Assembly: GCA_951406725.2 (NCBI GenBank) | Contig: OX597831.1 | Location: forward strand, 1,860,001-1,924,000 | Direction of reading: 5' to 3' | From: Octopus vulgaris | Lineage: Eukaryota | Length of the DNA stretch: 64,000 bases | Shown here: positions 53,159 to 64,000 of the stretch, piece by piece | How positions within the stretch are numbered: the stretch's first letter is position 1 | Layout of the letters: the number at the start of each line of letters is the position of its first letter | Made by a program: the position numbers and the translations under genes | The notes under the pieces: model-generated | The model's database searches: none | The model's input: only the letters and a program-made list of their open reading frames with translations | What the model was told of the DNA's origin: nothing

Positions 53159-54521
53159 GTATTATACACACACACACATATATATATATTACACGCGCAC
53201 ACATCTTTGCCGGCTGCCAAACACGTTGTGAGAAATTGATTCTAAGTGGAGGCCGGAACTCCAAAATCACCAACTTTTCATTCTCATGACACAAAATATA
53301 TTCCACAATATGGAATTTGTTCGTTAACGACGCAGAACATTACAAGTTTCCTCGGATTCCACTTACCGTCTCATTAAGTTGTTGAAACAGTTATATATAA
53401 CAACTAACGAATCCGTAGAAATTCCATGATTTATCAATTTTCTTCTTTCTATTTTGATACATAAAATAAATTTACAAGAACTCCATAGCATTGTTTCATT
53501 ATGATAGAGATAGCAATTTTGTCTTCGATTTCGTTGCACTTTTAAGGTTGATTTTAAAACGATTAACATTTTAGAAATACAAACGCCATGACCAAACCGA
53601 AGAATATGAATAACAGATGACAAATCTACACAGTTTGGTGTCACCGAATCGTAGTTTGAGAAGTATTTCATTCACAAGGAACCAACGAGAGAAAACTAAT
53701 TGAAATCTAGTAGAAATTCACCCATTCCTAACAGTTTGTTTAGTTATAAAGCCGACAACAATCTTAATGAGGTGGACTTTGATATGGAAATGCAGTGGAC
53801 CTGGGTGGGAGGAAATGTCATGGACACTGATTAATGTTAGTGAACACGAACTATAGAAAACATTTCAATGACGGTGGATTTATTTTTTAGGAAGCCCGTT
53901 GGTTCCGTTGGTTCTTAACTGACCTCCCTTATGACAAGTGTGTGTAAATACTGGTGTCTTGCTCCTTTAGTCCGCGGTGGTAAGCTTAAAACATTGCGTA
54001 AGCCTTAAGATTAATGACACAGGTGAAACAGTGCGTAACAGAGGAAACTAGTGATGGGGATATATATATAGAGAGATTTCGGCTAAACTAGCTAAATTCT
54101 GGGGTGATTTTCACTCGTTGGTTCAATATGAATTTAACTCCTCTAAACCACTGTTATTTTATTGTAGAAATATGAAGTTTTTACAACAAAAAATATAATA
54201 TTTCAGACAGCAGAAATTAATTATTTCATCAACCTCAACACAATGTAAACATTAAATAATATTATTGTAATGAATATTAATCAGCAGAATTAAATGTTTA
54301 TATAATTAAACATAACAATGAGCCACATTTATGGTACTTGATAAACAAAATCCACACCTTAAATTATTCCTTGTTCAGGTAGAAAACACTGAATTAACGC
54401 ACCGAAAACATGAAATAAAACAGTATCTTGTACAGATGTGACAAATATTGGAATTATCAGCCTCGGGAAATTGTTTAAAAAACTGTATTGGAGAAATCCT
54501 GTCGGTGTTGTTCCGCTCTTT

Positions 54522-55193
54522 TCATACAGGTAGGGTTTTCTCGGCTGTCTTTGAAGCTGCCGCATAAAACAGTTTGGAGAAGAATTTCAGTCCAGATTGT
54601 CCACCTGGAATGTAACTGACAACGAACCAAACCAGAGTAATGACCTGACCTGTAGCAAAAATCACCGTTAACATGGTATATTTTAACCAGACTGCGAAGT
54701 AAAGAGTTCCGAACAATGTTGTGAAGTACATGCATGTGAATGGGAGCCGACCAGCGGAAAATAAGTGGCGAAGATGATTTACGGGTCCCCAAAGGAGTGA
54801 GAAGCTCATTAAGAAAAAAAGACTCCCGAATGTAAATAACAGGGAGAATTTTCTGGCCCTCAGAACAATCAAAGGAATGTAGAGGAATGAGAGAGAGAAG
54901 AAAAGAGTACCCATCAGAAGAAAGGTAACAAAGCCAAGGATCCTCTGTTTTTTGGTGAGTGACGGCAGCAAGGGGTCCGACTGCGCTTTGGTGAACCAAC
55001 TGTTGGCATCGGTAGCCTCGCCGTTACGCTCTCCAGCACCCGATCGACTAAATAAGTATTTGAAGCCATTTTTAAGGGAACTCGATTCACTTGTGTTTAC
55101 ATTTTCTTCGTTTTTATCAAACGAAGAACTCATCATAATACTGCTGGAAGATCGAGACAGATATTCTTTTAAATCCTTGCCGAGGTCTGCCAT
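54522..55193 (-). CDS. SFT2D3: Vesicle transport protein SFT2C (Got1/Sft2 family), intronless
   Basis: Complete 223-aa ORF. MADL N-terminus, LPSLTKKQRILGF, ARKFSLLFTFGS, four hydrophobic segments and VSYIPGGQSGLKFF, all characteristic of SFT2C. Confidence 0.92.
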   Translation of the reverse strand: MADLGKDLKEYLSRSSSSIMMSSSFDKNEENVNTSESSSLKNGFKYLFSRSGAGERNGEATDANSWFTKAQSDPLLPSLTKKQRILGFVTFLLMGTLFFSLSFLYIPLIVLRARKFSLLFTFGSLFFLMSFSLLWGPVNHLRHLFSAGRLPFTCMYFTTLFGTLYFAVWLKYTMLTVIFATGQVITLVWFVVSYIPGGQSGLKFFSKLFYAAASKTAEKTLPV

Positions 55194-56185
55194 GTTGTCA
55201 AAGTTTCAAGGGAGACAATCACTAACTTCCACTCAACGGTGCTCTATCAACAAATAATATTTAGACCGCAAGTTTATGGTGTCTGCTATTGTTTTTAGCC
55301 CTAGGTCAGCTCAGATCCAGCTAACCTTATTATCAAAGACGATTCACTCGTCACAAGTTCGTTTTCTTTTCCTTTGGTATATCGGGATTTATAGTATTCT
55401 TTCAAGACAGGTGGCTATATATATGCACTTTCTGACAAGTTGTGGTGCACCTGAGCACTGTATACAATAATTTCATTATATTATATGATTGAAATATAGT
55501 CGAGCGATCACAAAGAGGTTCCTTAAATATAGGCTACTTAAATTGTTGTAGATTCCCATAAAAGCAAGACATTTTCACACACCTAATAAATATATCTTTT
55601 ATAAAGAGAATATTATGGAATATTTCTAAACACCCTAAGCAATAAGAGACCAAATAATACTACACTATTGACAACATAATGTTACCTTTGATTCTTTGAT
55701 CCTCGGTTAAATGAGCAGAAGCAATGTTGTATGGTTTTCTTTTTACTTTCCAGTTTTCACAACTAAAACTAATAGTGTCTAGATAAAATATCGTCATTGA
55801 ATAACGTAGTGGGTTTTGTATAATTACAGCTAGTTCTAACCCAACAATAAATCCTCTTTCTGGTTAAATAAATGCTTTGTCAGATCACTTTGCAATCTAT
55901 TTGGTTATTTGTTCAATTACTCATTTGCCTTCTTTCATCATTGTTACTAGTATAATCTTTTGTCTTCTTTGTATATGTATCTTCTTATCTGAGTATCTTT
56001 CTATTTGTCCATCATACTGTCTTACATCTGTCTGTTGGAATGTCTTTCCACCTGTCTGTGTTCATTCATTTCCCTATACCAAAGTTCAAGTAAGGTAATA
56101 CAAACAAAAAGTATAAAACTATATATGTAGATCTCTCTCTCTCTCTTTTTTTCAGTCTCTCTCTCTCAATCTATCTATCTATCTA

Positions 56186-56219
<34 letters not shown>

Positions 56220-58201
56220 CATCTATCTATCTATCTCCCTATACCTACTTGTATCCAGGTTATCTCAACACTACTATAGGCCCTCAAGCGTCACAATACA
56301 TTGAGTCCCTGACATATACAACTACTACATAGACTAATTAGTATTGAGCCCCCTAGACATGTAGGGCTCCTGGGAAACTGGCCTGTGTTACCATGCCTTA
56401 ACCCTTTTAGCATTAAACTGGCCATACCTGGCCCACATATTCTATCTGTTTTATGTTCAAACTGACCAGTCACAGCTATCCAGTTATGTCATTCTAAAAG
56501 TATTGAAGCAGATCTTTGAAATCTTGAGGCTACGGGGTAATGTATGATTAATTCAAAATAGCATGCTAAAACGTTAAGATATCACTTCATTAGTCTTTTG
56601 TAGCCAGTACTAAGAGATATTCTGTAGATATCTCTTATAGCAGTGGTTCTCAAACTGGGGTCCGCGATCCCCTAAGGGACAGTGAAGGGACACTGAAGTA
56701 TCGTGAAAACTGGTGGTTTGAGACAACTAAGTTTTAAAATTTCTGGACTTTTAATTTTTCGCATGCTATCTGCACAACAAGTGTGATTGGCCGATGGAAC
56801 ATATGCGAGTATAACGGTTGATTGTGCATGTTGATAAGCATGTCCAAATGAAACTCGCAACTCACCAGCTTTCGTTTTTGGTTGAAATAATGAACGATAG
56901 GAATCTAAGGGGTTACAGGACTAGGTATGTGACATTAGCTCAGGTTAAGGTGCTCAAGAAGCTGTGAGCAGTTATCCTTCATTTATAGACAGAATGTTTC
57001 TCAATAGGCAGAATGATTACAATGTACATATATCTATGATATCTGTAAGTATGAATGATATCTATACATGCAAGCATGGCTGTGATTAAGAAATTAGCCT
57101 TGAAACAATGTCATGTTGGCTTCAGTCCCACTCCACAGCACTTTGGGCAAATACCTTCAACTATTGCCCTAATCTGACCAGTACCCTGTGAGTGAATTTA
57201 GTAGGTGGAAACTGTGCAGAAGACTATCATGTATATGTGTGCATGCACACACACATGTGCATAAGTGTGTGTGTGCATGCATCTACATGTTTTTTATTGC
57301 TTTCTCTCCGTAACGTTTTGCCCCTGTAACTAAGCAGTTCAACAAGACAGAGGTCAGAAGAAAAAATACCAGACATTAAAATTACATGTCAGAGTTGACT
57401 TGATCAACTAAATCATTTATAGTGGTGCCCCAGTTTGGCCACAGTAAAATGACTGAAACCAGTAAAGTAATATATCTATAAGACACTGGTTTTCAAACTT
57501 TTCAAAAAATTTTACATGCCAGTCCCCTTATGGTTCTTTCGTTGATTCGCAGTCCCCTATTAAATGTAAGATAATTAACATGGAAAACAGGACATACATT
57601 CGTGTACTGTAATTTCCGGACTTTGAACCACACTGCCCATAGACCTGCAACCCCGAAACCATAACTTAATCCATGCAATACCGCATTGCGATACAATAAA
57701 TATAACTGAAAATATGGGGAATCAGTTGATCAATTGGATACAAAACAAATGAGAAACGAAAATAGTCCAAAAATATCTCCAGCATTCAGTATTAACAACT
57801 GCATAAGACCTATTTATCCCCATTTGGTAGAAGGACACCACGGGTCATACACCGAAAGCTACTGTATACATACGTACATAACCGTGGTTCTTGAGCTTTT
57901 GGCATCACCTTCCCCTTTCACCATGTTTGGGATGCTATTCCTCCCCCATTATCAGGCCATTCCTAATATTGATTGTCCAAAAGGAGTATTTCAACCAATT
58001 TAGCTATTTTCAGCAGAAGAATTTTAATAGCAAACTAAAATGTACAGAAGTTTCTGCCAATTGGACCACTCGGATGCACGGAAAACCACAATTTTAGTAG
58101 AAACACTATCTTCTTCTCCTCCCCTGAAGGCTTGCTGTCCATTTTCCTGAATTTATATAAGAAATTATTTATTCACAAACGCAGACCCTCTGTCATTTTA
58201 T

Positions 58202-58570
58202 TTACAGCAAAGTAACTAGCTCTTCTGGGTTCAGCTCTGTTCTGGAGAAAGCAACCATCATTTCTAAAGTGACATCCAGTTGATTTTGTGACTTAGTTTT
58301 GATGGCAAAGAGAGTGGAAAACGTGGTCTCACACTCATAGGTATTTGGAAATGACATCAGTAGTTTAAGAGAGATCTTTGCAACATCAAGATATGACCAT
58401 GCCATTTCAATCCAAAAGTTAGAACAGCACATTTCACAGAAAAAACATTTTGCACCTCGATCATTGACCAAATCAATGAACTGTTCTTGAATTAAATTGT
58501 CTTCTGTTGGCAGATCGCTAACAGAGAATACAAAGGGGTTCCTGATAAAGCAGAAGTATTTGAAACAAAG
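58202..58570 (-). mobile_element. hAT (Buster/Charlie-like) transposase C-terminal dimerization-domain remnant
   Basis: IRNPF..EQFIDL..FW..LLMSFPNTYECETTFSTL..KTK motif. A hAT-like terminus CAGTGGTTCTCAAACT lies at 56641. Confidence 0.75.
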
Positions 58571-59528
58571 GCATTGTATTTCAACAGAAACGTAGTAAAA
58601 CAAAAAGGGGTGGGGGACTAATTAATTTTTTTATGTTTGAAAATTTGGGGGAAAAGTGCATTTTCTACACAAATGATATGGTATAGGAAAACATTTATTT
58701 TGGTACTCTATTGTTTCTTCACTTTCCCACTTCACCATGTTCTTAAAAATGGTTACAAATTTTAGCACAAGGCCAGCAATTTGGGGAGAGGGAGATAATC
58801 AATTACATTGACCCCAGTACTTAACTGGTACTTATTTTATCAGCCCTGAAAGGATGAAAGACAAAGTGGACCTTGGTGTAATTTGCACTCAGAATGTAAA
58901 GATGGACAAAATACCACTAAGCATTTTTTTTTCCCAGAGTGCTAACGATTCTGCCAGCTCACTTTATATGTTCTTAACAATAAAAGGAAATAATGAGGGA
59001 CTCTCTGCGCAGTCGCTCAAATTTATAGAATTAGCAGTGAAATCTCCTTCAGTATCACACCTTCCTGCCTTAAAGACAGAAAGAACACATGAGATAATAA
59101 TGTACAAAAAGACAGATTGTTTACTTCAGGAATGTTTTTGAATGTTTGATCATAAGTCTACTTTAAGAAATGTTGATCTGATGAGTGGAGAAGGTAAAGA
59201 TGATCAACAAGTAAATGTATCATCAGTAATACTATTTGTTTCACTGACAAGAACATGGAAACAGGAGAAAAAACTCCAGTCTTAGTTACCAACAGAAATA
59301 AGGTGTAAAAAGTGCTTGGAACTAACAGTGGGAGACTAAGGAGAAACAGGAGTTACACTGAAACACTAGTATGCAACCCTTACATTTAAATCCATTGAAG
59401 ACAAAGTTTTTAATCCAGCACAACAAGCTTACAAGACAAGTGGCTATTTTCAGTGGTAACCTGTACTTCCCCATGATATGGTTAGAAAGTCAGTTATATA
59501 GACAGCTAGTTTGTGTGTATGTGTGTGA

Positions 59529-59603
<75 letters not shown>

Positions 59604-59607
59604 TATG

Positions 59608-60258
59608 CATATGGACGAGGACAGCTGCATAAAGAAGTGCCAATCCTGCATATGGGTAGGGATAGCAGTGCAAAGAAGTGTCAGTTCCTAACTGTGGAGG
59701 GAACCAGTGGAAGAGGTAGACCCAAGAAGACACAGGATGAGGTGGTAAAGTATGATCTTCAGATGTTGGGCCACACAGAGGTGATGACAAATGATTGAGA
59801 CTTTTGGTGGTTTGCTGTGCTTGAGAAGACTCTTCAGGCCAAATGAAATCGTAGTCATGGACAGTGCCGGTGACGCGTAAAAGGGTTAAGGCATGGTAAC
59901 ACAGGCCAGTTTCCCAGGAGCCCTACATGTCTAGGGGGCTCAATACTAATTAGTCTATGTAGTAGTTGTGTATGTCAGAGACTCAATGTATTGAGATGCT
60001 TGAGGGCCTATAGTAGTGTGATGGTAATAATAATGTACAAAGGCAACCATGACAGTGACACATAAAAGGCATCCGTGATGGCAACACATAAAAGGCACCC
60101 ACTAGACTCTTGGAATGGTTGGCATTAGGAAGGATATCCAACCGTAGAAACCAAGCCAAAATCTGACTGGAGTCTCTGATACAGCTCTCTGGTTTACAAG
60201 TTCCATTCGGATCATCTAACCCATGCCAGCATAGAAAATGGACACTAAATGATGATGA
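59608..60258 (+). mobile_element. RTE-clade LINE 3' end
   Basis: TVEGTSGRGRPKKTQDEVVKYDL C-terminal motif, 3'UTR with ggttggcattaggaagg and (GAT)n tail. Related pieces at about 23172-23450, 33638-33975, 44130-44290 and 46050-46240. Confidence 0.7.
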
Positions 60259-61396
60259 TATATATATGTTTATGTGTGTGTGTGTATATGTGTGTATGTA
60301 TGTGATTACTTACAGATAATTAAATAGACATACACTTATCCAGACATACTTATATAGATAAACAGTTATATAGACAGGCTGTTAAATATGCAGACTGTTA
60401 TATAGATAGATAGTTAGTTATCAAGACATACAGTTATATAGACAGGCTGTTAAATATGCAGACTGTTATATAGATAGATAGTTAGTTATCAAGACATACA
60501 GTTATATAGACAGAGAGATAGTTGTGCAAACATGAGTTAGTTATATTGACTGAGATAGTTAATTATACGCAATTGCAGCCAGAAAGTATTGCTTGACTGA
60601 TCAGGCTTGACTTGGGGCTAAACAACAACAAAATCTGGTTTCATCAAGAAATTAGAACTGTTTGCAAGCATAATTCAAAATAATTCAAAAAAATTTAAAT
60701 TTAAAGAACCGTTGAAAAAATTATCTGCTCGTATGAACCTATGGCAAACCAGTTGGAAATCTGCAACTGACGATGCTATTGTTCACAACTACATAGCATT
60801 AGAAAAATGATTTAAAAAATGATAAAAAAATTGTTATATTTATTTGTTTATTCAGGATGTAAATAATTACCAAGGGAAATAACTACAGTTGTATGTGCAA
60901 GGTTTGCCCTAGTAACAGGCTGACTGTTGCTTAACAACTCGCACCTGTACATGTTTATGTATATATGTGTGTCTGTGTGTTGAGACTTCTTTCGGTAGAG
61001 CCTTATCATTTGGGACTTCGGAAGTAACTTGGTTTGTCAGTTCTAGTCAAAGTAAGTGTCTTAAATCATCTTAATTATTATTTCATTAATTATGTAATAT
61101 ATCGAAACAAGATAAGGCCTTAGATAATTTTAGCGAGCACTCTCACTATAATATCAGTTGAGAGCTTTGCAACGTACTCGTATTAACGCTTGCATGCACT
61201 TAGAGAGATACCCGTTCACACACGTGTAAGGGTATCTTTATCTCCATTTCCTCCTACTCGTGTGTAAAATATACAAACTTATTTGTAGACTTTTTTCTTC
61301 TAACATATCTGTAACTGTACGCTCGAATATCTACAAATTTCGCAACTGTTGCCCAACACCCACGCTCGCATGGATGGTGCACACTTCTAAAGTTAT

Positions 61397-61453
<57 letters not shown>

Positions 61454-62152
61454 TAAATCTGTTCCCGTAGTTGCACTGACGCTATTTCGATTGTGGGACA
61501 TAATGCGTGTGTTGTTATTTGACTGCTAAATTGTCAAACTGGTCGCCGTTCCGTAATCCTTATTACTACGATACTGCCTCCACCTTCACTATGAAAGTTC
61601 TACTGTTCTATTCCAGCTTAACTAAACTTCACCACCAGATCGTTGTGTCTGTAATGGCATCTCTGTGTTTCTCCCTTTTACCAATTTCTATAGTAATCTG
61701 TAGAATTCTAGAAGACTAGAGATAAGTCAGAGTACATCGGCAAGAATCAGCATCGTATCAGATTCGGGGCAACCTAACTAATATATCCACACCCTCTTCT
61801 CTACAAATGAATTCAATTGTTTATCAGAAGGATATTTCTGACTTGGCAATCTTCAAAAACAGTTTCTTTGACTCGCTTTTTGACAAACCGTTCTGTTCTC
61901 AAGACAGTGCTAATGTATCCTTATATCCTGTACTTTTTATTCCTTTTCGAAATTAAACATAACAAATACAAATGCGAACTTTTTTCTTTTATTTACTGAA
62001 AAATGAAATGAAATTAGATACTCTGTATATACTAAACAATGTGTAATTATCGTTTATTTACAGAATGGATATCGTATGTATGTATATACATACATGCATA
62101 TATGTGTGTATGTATGCGCAAATATGTATACGTATGTGTGTGTGTGTGTGTG

Positions 62153-62197
<45 letters not shown>

Positions 62198-62256
62198 GCA
62201 TCCTTTTTGTCTCGGGAGACTATATATATATTTATATATACACATATATATAAGCA

Positions 62257-62632
62257 CAGGAGTGGCTGTGTGGTAAGTAGCTTGCTTACCAACCACATGG
62301 TTCTGGGATGTCCCATTGCGTGGCACCTAGGTAAGTGTCTTCTACTATAGCCTGGGGCCGATCAAAGCCTTGTGAGCGGATTTGGTAGACGGAAACTGAA
62401 AGAAGCTCGTCGTATATATGTAAATATATGTGTGTGCATATGTTTGTGTGTCTGTGTTTGTCCCCACCAACATCGCTTGGCAACCGATGCTGGTGAGTTT
62501 ACGTCCCCGTAACTTAGCGGTTCGGCAAAGGAGACCGATAAAATAAGTACTAGGCTTACAAAGAATAAGTTCTGGGGTCGATTTGCTAGACTAAAGGTGG
62601 CTGCAGTCAAATGACTGAAACAAGTAAAAGAG
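62257..62632 (+). mobile_element. tRNA-derived SINE family B (representative copy)
   Basis: A/B-box head tggctgtgtggtaag..., CORE-like segment, internal (TA/TG)n. Other copies on - at about 8066-8713, 11829-12185, 14925-15280, 23774-24161, 33360-34160 and 50079-50460. Confidence 0.8.
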
Positions 62633-63453
62633 AGAGATGTACATACATACACACATACACACACAATAGGTGGGAAGATATATACATGCACACATATTTT
62701 TTGCTATTACCATCAGGTTCAGCAAATGCATTGAAGCTTCTTTGCTTGATTGACTGGTTATTGTTGTTATTAAATCCCAGCTCAGTTCTGTTTGTGCGAA
62801 TTGTGATCAAAAACTTCCACTTATAACCATTTTGTATTTTTTTGCAAGTATAATGTAACCCAGTTTATATTATCCAATGTGTCCTTCCTTCTCTTTTTTT
62901 AAGACCATAGTGTGCAATTTCACTGAGGTATAGCTTCTCTTTTTTGCAGGTTGATGAGTCCTTCCTTCCTTTTCTTTTCTTTTTTTTTTTAAGGATCACA
63001 TTGTACAATTTCAAGGAGTTATAGCTTCTCTTTCCCACAAGTTGTCTACAACATTGGCAATGTTGTACATTTTCTGAAATGTTTGCTAAAATTTATTACT
63101 CTTTCTTAATTTGCAGTGAATTAAATAAAGAGATTGACTACTTCCCATATGACAATCTTTGATCAGAAGATAATGGCTGAGATGGTGGTTTGATCTTCGA
63201 TTGCTGTTGGTGTTGTCATTAACAGCCTTAGCTGTTATTGGTGTTTTGCATCCTCAAGAAATGTCGACATCCAAACGCAGTACAACAACTTCTGAAAGGT
63301 TTGTACTTGTTTACAGTTGAATAGCCAGTTATACATTCTTTGTACATGCCTATATCATTCATGATATAAAACTACTTTGGATATACTGAGTTGTATGTAT
63401 TCCATAATCATATTGTTATTATCAGAAATGTATACCTCTGTGTACATCCATTT

Positions 63454-63503
<50 letters not shown>

Positions 63504-63521
63504 TGTTGTTTGTTCCTTCTT

Positions 63522-63797
63522 GAGCCTTGCCTGGCTCATAAGAGCCGGTTTCCTTGGCATATAGGTTCCCCACCTGGACAGAATGCCAGTCCGTCACCAG
63601 GTGAGCTGCTAGATGCAGGAGGAAAGAGAGAAAGTTGCGGCGAAAGAGTCAGCAGAAGTTCACCATTACCTTCTGCTGGAGCCATGTGGAGCTTAGGTGT
63701 TTCACTCATAAACACACACATCGCCCGGCCTGAGATTCAAACCCGTGATCCCTCGACCATGAGTCTGCTGCTCTAACCACTAGGCCATGTACCTCCA
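63522..63797 (-). mobile_element. tRNA-derived SINE family D
   Basis: Head tggcctagtggttagagcagc...gggtttgaatc on the - strand. Near-identical copy at about 15690-15980. Confidence 0.75.
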
Positions 63798-64000
63798 CAT
63801 ATATATATATATATAAAGTCTTCTTTTTTCTGTCGAGGGCTTATATGCCCCTTTATTAGACTATTTTCTTTAGTCATTTGCATGGTGATTGCCATAAGCT
63901 TATATAAAAATACCACCATTATTATTATTTACAGGATTGTAAAAATGGCACTGTATAAAAAAACCATTCACACCAAAAGCATATATATATATATATATAT

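Noticed and set aside
60978-61030. Hammerhead-like ATGATAA..GAAA..TC on the - strand
   Set aside because: Two core mismatches and no stem I.

Overview
Repeat-rich, AT-rich eukaryotic DNA, probably Octopus (inferred from the tRNA-derived SINE families and dense (TA)n/(CA)n/(ATT)n microsatellites). Most ORFs in the track are microsatellite or repeat artefacts. Two host genes are supported. The first is the 3' part of a spliced + strand gene (exons about 1863-2057, 5665-5853, 14284-14359, 17522-18532, 26929-27114). It encodes a disordered tail with a tandem SxIP array, four NPF motifs and a C-terminal TTEL PDZ-ligand-like end. The second is an intronless SFT2D3/SFT2C gene on the - strand (54522-55193). 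The rest is CR1, RTE and R4/Dong LINE remnants, Tc1/mariner, hAT and TTAA-type MITEs, non-autonomous Helitrons, many SINEs and a U6 snRNA pseudogene. The main finding is four sequence-distinct elements carrying seven minimal type-I hammerhead ribozyme motifs. Three elements are fold-backs with one hammerhead per arm, and one of these has a tRNA-derived Pol III head and a target-site duplication. This suggests a Penelope/retrozyme-like family of self-cleaving elements.
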